Assembly: GCA_004764695.1 (NCBI GenBank)
Contig: SMSO01000025.1
Coordinates: forward strand, 5,186,862 to 5,250,861
Source: Schizochytrium sp. TIO01
Taxonomy: Eukaryota; Protista; Bigyra: Labyrinthulomycetes
Reading direction: 5' to 3'
DNA length: 64,000 nt
In this document: one piece after another, positions 58,153 to 64,000 of the stretch
Numbering within the stretch: the first letter of the stretch is position 1
How the letters are laid out: each line of letters begins with the position of its first letter
Made by a program: the position numbers and the translations under genes
Notes under the pieces: generated by a model
Database searches by the model: none
Told to the model about the DNA's origin: nothing
Seen by the model: only the letters and a program-made list of their open reading frames with translations

Positions 58153-59436
58153 ATGTCACAAGCAGTTGGTATATTTTGGGGTGCTAAACCACTCGCGGCG
58201 GATGCAGGCGAGCCAAAAGTGCAATCGCAAAAACAAACCAGTGGAGTGGAAGCGAGGCGAGCAAGCTTTAATAAGTTGAGCCCGCCTGAACAAGCCCTCT
58301 TTACAGCATCAGATACACTCGCAGAAGTCTTGGAGAGAGTTGTAAAGAGAATTAAAGCTGAAATTGAGGTTGTCCAGAAACGACCCAAAGCTCCATTCGA
58401 CCCACGATATCATGCAGCGCCGGGAAAGCGCTACTATCCAGAGAGCGTTCACCAAGAGCATCGGGACTATTTTGTTCAAGAGCGGGAACGCGAAGCTCTC
58501 CAAATTCGCCAGAAGCGCTCACAAATCTCAGATTATGATGCGGCACCCCTTGAGATTGGAAAATTTGCAAATCCAAAATTGAAAGAACGACCATGGCTCT
58601 CTGTTTTGAGTAAAAATGAAGAGGAACATGTTCGTATGAAGTTTCAGACACGCATGTACGAAAAGGGAAGACCATTTCGTAAAGCTGCCAATACAAAACT
58701 CCAGTGGGTCTCTAACAGTAAGCGTCAAGCTGATCACCGCCTCAAAAGACTCGAACATCTTCTTTACATAGTGCAAGAGGAACAACAAAAGGATTTGCAA
58801 CGGGATTTGAGGCTATTTGATACATGTGATGCCAGGCAACGCCGCAAGCTGGGTTGGGAAATTGCAAGGGATCGTACGGAAGCTGCAGATATGGTAATGC
58901 GCCTTTTGGATGACTATCGTCTTATCTCAGCTACTGAGATGGGAGACTACCTCTTGGCTGGAAATGAGTTTTTTGAACGTCAGCTACAGGTCCCATTAGA
59001 GCCAATAAGACGTGTATCAACAGCACCCGCCAATATATCTCGTAGGAGCCGATCCCCAAGTAGAAAATCGGCAAAGCCCCATTTCCTTCATAATTCTAAG
59101 GCCTTGGCCTCCAAAGGTGACGAAGTACCAATTAAAGAAGGAAATATCTCAACACTTACATATCCCCGAAGCGCTTCAACGCCGCTATGGTCACAAGCTG
59201 ATGCTCGAGAGGCTCTTCTTCGACGCAAAGCTGAGAGTGAAGCAGCCATGCAAGCTGTTCACTTGCAAAGTCTGTCTGTACGTGCAGCTACTGCACAGAC
59301 TGGCATTACTTCAACTACTTTACTTGAGCAGATTACAGACGCAACATCAGTCTCTGGTTTACGTCCGATGACAACAAGCTCCTCGCGCAGAGGTTCAAGA
59401 ACATCTTCGTGCCGTGCACGCCGCAAGCGTCACTAG
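58153..59436 (+). CDS. Hypothetical 427 aa basic protein with coiled-coil segments
   Basis: Long ATG-initiated ORF; helical EEQQKDLQRDLRL...IARDRTEAADMVMRL region; no family recognised. Confidence 0.75.
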   Translation: MSQAVGIFWGAKPLAADAGEPKVQSQKQTSGVEARRASFNKLSPPEQALFTASDTLAEVLERVVKRIKAEIEVVQKRPKAPFDPRYHAAPGKRYYPESVHQEHRDYFVQEREREALQIRQKRSQISDYDAAPLEIGKFANPKLKERPWLSVLSKNEEEHVRMKFQTRMYEKGRPFRKAANTKLQWVSNSKRQADHRLKRLEHLLYIVQEEQQKDLQRDLRLFDTCDARQRRKLGWEIARDRTEAADMVMRLLDDYRLISATEMGDYLLAGNEFFERQLQVPLEPIRRVSTAPANISRRSRSPSRKSAKPHFLHNSKALASKGDEVPIKEGNISTLTYPRSASTPLWSQADAREALLRRKAESEAAMQAVHLQSLSVRAATAQTGITSTTLLEQITDATSVSGLRPMTTSSSRRGSRTSSCRARRKRH

Positions 59437-59662
59437 AAAACTAGGGATGTTTTTGAATATTATTCTAAGCGTAAACAGTGAGTAGATGTCCTCCATACCA
59501 ATGTTATGAAACAAGAGAATGGGTACTAACGCAAGCAGCCCATACAAAAAAAATAAGAATGTAAAAATATTGTTTTATTTGTCTGTTTGAAAGATTTTGG
59601 TGGTTGTCCACTTTCGATCTGGCTTGCTCTAACGACTGGAAAAAGTTTGCAAGAAGAAACCT

Positions 59663-62600
59663 TTACTTTTTCTTAGCCAAAGTTCGCTGCTTCTCTGCAG
59701 CAACGACAACCTTTTCCGATGTTGAGAGACCCTTTCGTTTACGAATTTCCTGAATGTACTTGTAAGCCCGATTGTGTGCTTGATATGACTCTTCGTATCC
59801 GCGCTCACCAAACTCTTCCAGTTCATCCTCTGTTGTGGCTCTGAAGAAAGGGTTATCAGGGATGATTTGCCAATGGCTGAACAAGAGCTGCGGGGTCGAA
59901 GCAGCGCCCGAAGTTTGCCGACGCAAGTCATCACCTAGGCGGAAGCTCTCTACAATAGGAACAAGAGCTTCGATCGTAAAGATAGATGTACCTTCCCACA
60001 TGTCTTCGCTTACAATCTTGGCGCGCCTCGAAGAAAGCACACCGTACATGCGTCCAAGCTGATCACCTGCTTGCATTTCCACATGACACTGCAACATACA
60101 CTTGAAAAAGCCTTCCACAAGACGAACCTCGCAACCTGTTTCAACACCGTGCTTATGTTGTTCTGCGTGTACCATTACACTGCGTCGAATTGCATCACGA
60201 ACACCTGACATCACTTGACCTTGGATAGCCATATTCTTCTTTAGTGCAGCATGCTCTTCAGCAGTATCATCCTTCAAGGTTACCTGCTCAATGACAACGC
60301 AAGTACCCCACAGAGGCTCTTCACAGACAGGGCCTGCCCGACACGCAAGTTGAAAACCAGCAATCACTCCACCAGCAACCTCTTCAAGGAGTTTGCTAGG
60401 GGCTTCGTCGCCTTCTTCCACTTCCTCCTCTTCGTTTTCTCCATCGCCCTCAGCAATGGCATCCTGAGCTCCAGGCTTGGACAGCAACCGGTGAAGACGA
60501 TGCGAAGACAGAGGTTGGCCTGCTTCAATACCATTTAACAACACATTAGGGCCAACACCACGGGGTCCCAGCGACCAAAGGCGCTGCATATTCCAATCCT
60601 CTCCGGCTTCACCAAACGCCTCTTCAAGCTTTTCATAGATGCGTCGGCGACGTTCTTCCATACGACGCTCGCGTTCGATCTCAGCAGCAGATCTGTTCGT
60701 AGCTTTACGAGATGAGCGGCGCTGGTTGGCCATGGAAGATCGGCGTGAGGTCGAAGACCTTGATGCTGAGGTTTTCAGATTGCCATCATCTTCCACGTCA
60801 TCTTCATCATCGTCATCGTCGCCGTCGTGTTCATTCTCAAAGAGCTCGATAAGGTCGTCGCGCACTTCTTCGAGGACCTTGCGAATAGGTTTTGGCAAAG
60901 GGATCAAACGCAAAGTGGTCACAACCGCATTTCCAGGTGTACAGGCAAGTACACGACCACCAGGCAGCACACGCTTGGCAAAAGGAGTGGGTCGCGATAA
61001 CTTCAACTTGATCTCGTTTGGATCAACACTATCAGCACCGCCATCCTGGTCAGTTTGACCCATAGATTCTCCAGATAGAGCAGCACTGTAAGCTTGCATA
61101 TCAGCTGTATACTTGGCCTCCTCCTCACGCAAATCAAAAGGAGAGAAGCCTTGATTTTCAGGCGAGGGTGGTGAGCTCTCAGCAGCAGTCACTACAGTCT
61201 CACGGAAAATGGCAATAGGCTTTGAAACCTTGAGCTCAATCCGGGCAAAGCGATCCTGTAAATCCTTAACACAACGCTCGAGATGGAGCTCGCCAATACA
61301 ACCCAGAATGTGCTCACCATTTGGTTGAATCCGAACCTCCGCCACGGCATCAGCACGATTTAGCAGCTTCAGACCATGGGTCAGCTTTGGCCATTCGAGA
61401 GGGTTGTTCGGCTCCAGCGACACTCGAAGCACAGGAGCACTTTGGGATGGCATTTTGGTAAGCGAGCAACATTTAACAGAGTCGGTCACCGTGGCTGTCT
61501 TGAGTACGTCTCGGTCCAAACCCGCCAGAGCAAGGATATTACCAGCAGGTACGGCATCTAATGGGACTAGTTCTGTGTTCATCATGAGCAATGGGATAAC
61601 ACCGCTGGGAACTAGGGCATGATGGCGTTCTGGTTGCCCAGGCACATATTTAGGCCCAAGTACATGAACAGGCACACCTGGACGAACAGTTCCGGAGAAA
61701 ACACGGGCAAATGCAAAGAACAGTTCTGATTCCTGAGCCTCACCATCAGCATCAGCATTGTGCTCGAATCCTTCAATGGGTACCTCATCGCCGTCATGCG
61801 AGCCTTGAGTGGCAAGCTGTTTCTTGCGTAGGTTCTCGAGAAGTGCGGCAGTTTGAGGAGTCACTTCACGGCGTTCTACTGCAAAAATCTTGGAAACAAA
61901 CACTACAAGAGGACCATTGGGATCGCAATCTTTGATTGAGGTTTCGGTTTTTGCCAAAGCTTCTGCCATTTCAGCAGACTCTGTGGGAACATGCGGCCAA
62001 AGAATTTCTGCTCGCCGTTGTTGCGCACGGATTGGATCAGGGACGCATCGGACTACCATAGAAAGAACTGCACGAGTAACAGGTAACCAAGTGTGCATTG
62101 TGGTGCGTAGTGCTGCACGACCACCCTTCGCCAAATCTCGTTTATTAATCTTATCAAGAATACCGAGACGGGTAACCATCTTTTCTAGCTTCTTGGGCTT
62201 AGAGTCAATCACCGTTGCGCCATACACTTGCCAGATCGCATCGAGTACAAATGAGGCAAACATGGGAGGGTGCTGCCGGGATGCCTCACCAGTTGTCACA
62301 CTAGCGCTTGTACTCTTGTTTTCAATGATTTTACCTTGCTTTGCACTGTACCAAAAGTTACCCCAAAGCGATCGAAGAACCTTACGACGGTTCGCGATAC
62401 CAAGCGCCTGAGAGACCATGGGCACAAAGTCGATGGTGCGAAATGCCCAGCTATCCGCAGCAGAACAAAACACAACATTGCCCTTTTCAGGAGCAAAAAG
62501 GAAAGCGTTTTCTTCATCTTCGTCATATTCCAGAGCCCAAGCTTGAGTGTCAATTTTTTCATCCCCCAATTCATCTACTCCACGGGCTTCGCCGCCTAGA

Positions 62601-63604
62601 GCAGCTCCTGAAGCCTCGTCCTTTTCGTCCTCACGAGCCATGATGCTAGCATTCATGAAACCCATTTGAATTGCATTGACGCGCTCGACAATTTTGAGCA
62701 GGTGCTCATAGGCCTCAATCGGGTCAAGCTGGCGTTCGATAATTAAACGATCAATCTTGTTCAGGACAAGACAAGGACGGAGGCGCTCTTCCCACGCCTG
62801 GCGTAGGACTGCATGTGTTTGGATTGCCACACCCTCAATAACATCGACCACAACAAGTGCGCCATCACACAGACGCACAGCGGTAGACACATCCGAAGAA
62901 AAGTCTACATGGCCAGGGGAATCAATGAGATTAACCAGGTAGTTCTTGTTGAGACGCTCGTGTTTGTAGAGAAGTGAAATTGCACTAGATTTCATAGTAA
63001 TTCCACGTTCCTGCTCATCTTGACGACTATCCATATAGCGTACAGTACCAGCGAGGCGTTCTGAGATAATTCCGTTGCTACTTACCAAGCAGTCTGACAG
63101 AGTCGTCTATTAACCATCCAGACAAATATCACCAGATAAACATACGAGGTTCCACAGCTCTCTGTCAGCGATCCGCATCAATTAACATTTTTACTTTCGC
63201 TCTGGCTCAATTCCATCAAATATCCTAATTCTCGCATCTCTTGATTAGAAAGATGAGACTAAGGCCACCCGTCACTTACCTTTCCATGGTCCACATGAGC
63301 CAGAATACAGATGTTGCGAACCTGTGTAAGAGCCGAGATTTAAAGGAAACGCATAATATGAGAGCGTCAAGCATTCGCCGGCCTTGTCAGTATTCCTGCT
63401 CCAAGAATCGAATAGAGAGTTTTCCTTCGGCAGTCTCCTTGACCTTCACCAGGACCACTCTTCAGGCCATTGCAAGAGACTCTCCACCTCCAATCGAATG
63501 GACAGCTATGGCCTGTATAATTGGGAGCTTTAACGCCATAATCCTACCTGGGACGCATTGTTCTGGAGTTCCGCGAGCTCGGCGGGCCGTACGCTGGGCG
63601 GCAT
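59663..63604 (-). CDS. EFL1: Elongation factor-like GTPase 1 (EFL1/RIA1, 60S maturation); 3 exons: 63604-63548, 63321-63280, 63106-59663
   Basis: Spliced N-terminus MPPSVRPAELAELQNNASQ|VRNICILAHVDHGK|TTLSDCLVSSNGIIS. Motifs RGITMKSS, DSPGHVDF, NKID, GELHLERC and the EFL1-type end RKRKGL...VVAAEKQRTL. Confidence 0.97.
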
Positions 63605-64000
63605 CTTCTGAACCTCAGTCTCGTGGAGCGTATCTGGAGCGAAGCACTCGCCCAAAACCCAACAAGTGAGGGAGACGGCCTAAGTAGCATAAATTCTTTC
63701 CAACAAAATTAATTCGTTTGATTTAATCAACTGAAATCTGTGATATAAGATTCAGCTGAAGGTTTTAGACGAAAAATATTTTGTTCGATTTTACCCAACG
63801 GATTCATCTCTGTCTAACCCCAAGGGTCAGCGAAGAATACGCTTTTGAGCTCAGCAGACCTTGAACCTTGGTGCGGAACTGTACAAAGACCGACTCTGAA
63901 TAGCGTTGGAGTGTCTGGCCCCAGGCCGTTCTCTGGTGCTTTTTTCAAGCAGTTGAGTAGACACCAAGTTTGGAGGTCACGCGGGTCTTGGTTGTTTGGG

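Overview
Eukaryotic, intron-poor genomic DNA of moderate GC, with AT-rich and microsatellite-rich intergenic tracts. Gene content (centriolar CEP44, kinesin, mitochondrial carrier, GT-AG introns, a Zn2Cys6 factor) and repeat style suggest a flagellated protist, most plausibly a thraustochytrid/labyrinthulomycete stramenopile; this is inference, not proven. About 15 protein-coding genes are supported: an orphan gene with a frameshift plus a tandem pseudogene paralog, a divergent kinesin, CEP44, a class I/II aminotransferase, a putative mitochondrial orphan, a bacterial-type SDR, a Zn2Cys6 transcription factor, an Mms2/UEV, a nuclear orphan, a CAMK-like kinase whose CDS overlaps an OAC1-like carrier tail-to-tail, an FN3-WW-HECT ligase, a Kelch-TM-RING-H2 ligase, another orphan, and EFL1/RIA1. 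There is also a ~1.1 kb tandem duplication and a decayed non-LTR retrotransposon relic. The most striking candidate system is at 22.8-26.6 kb: a bacterial-like SDR whose promoter carries a tight cluster of CGGAKATWW motifs, lying next to a fungal-type Zn2Cys6 factor. This looks like a local TF-target regulon. No rRNA, tRNA or CRISPR features were recognised.
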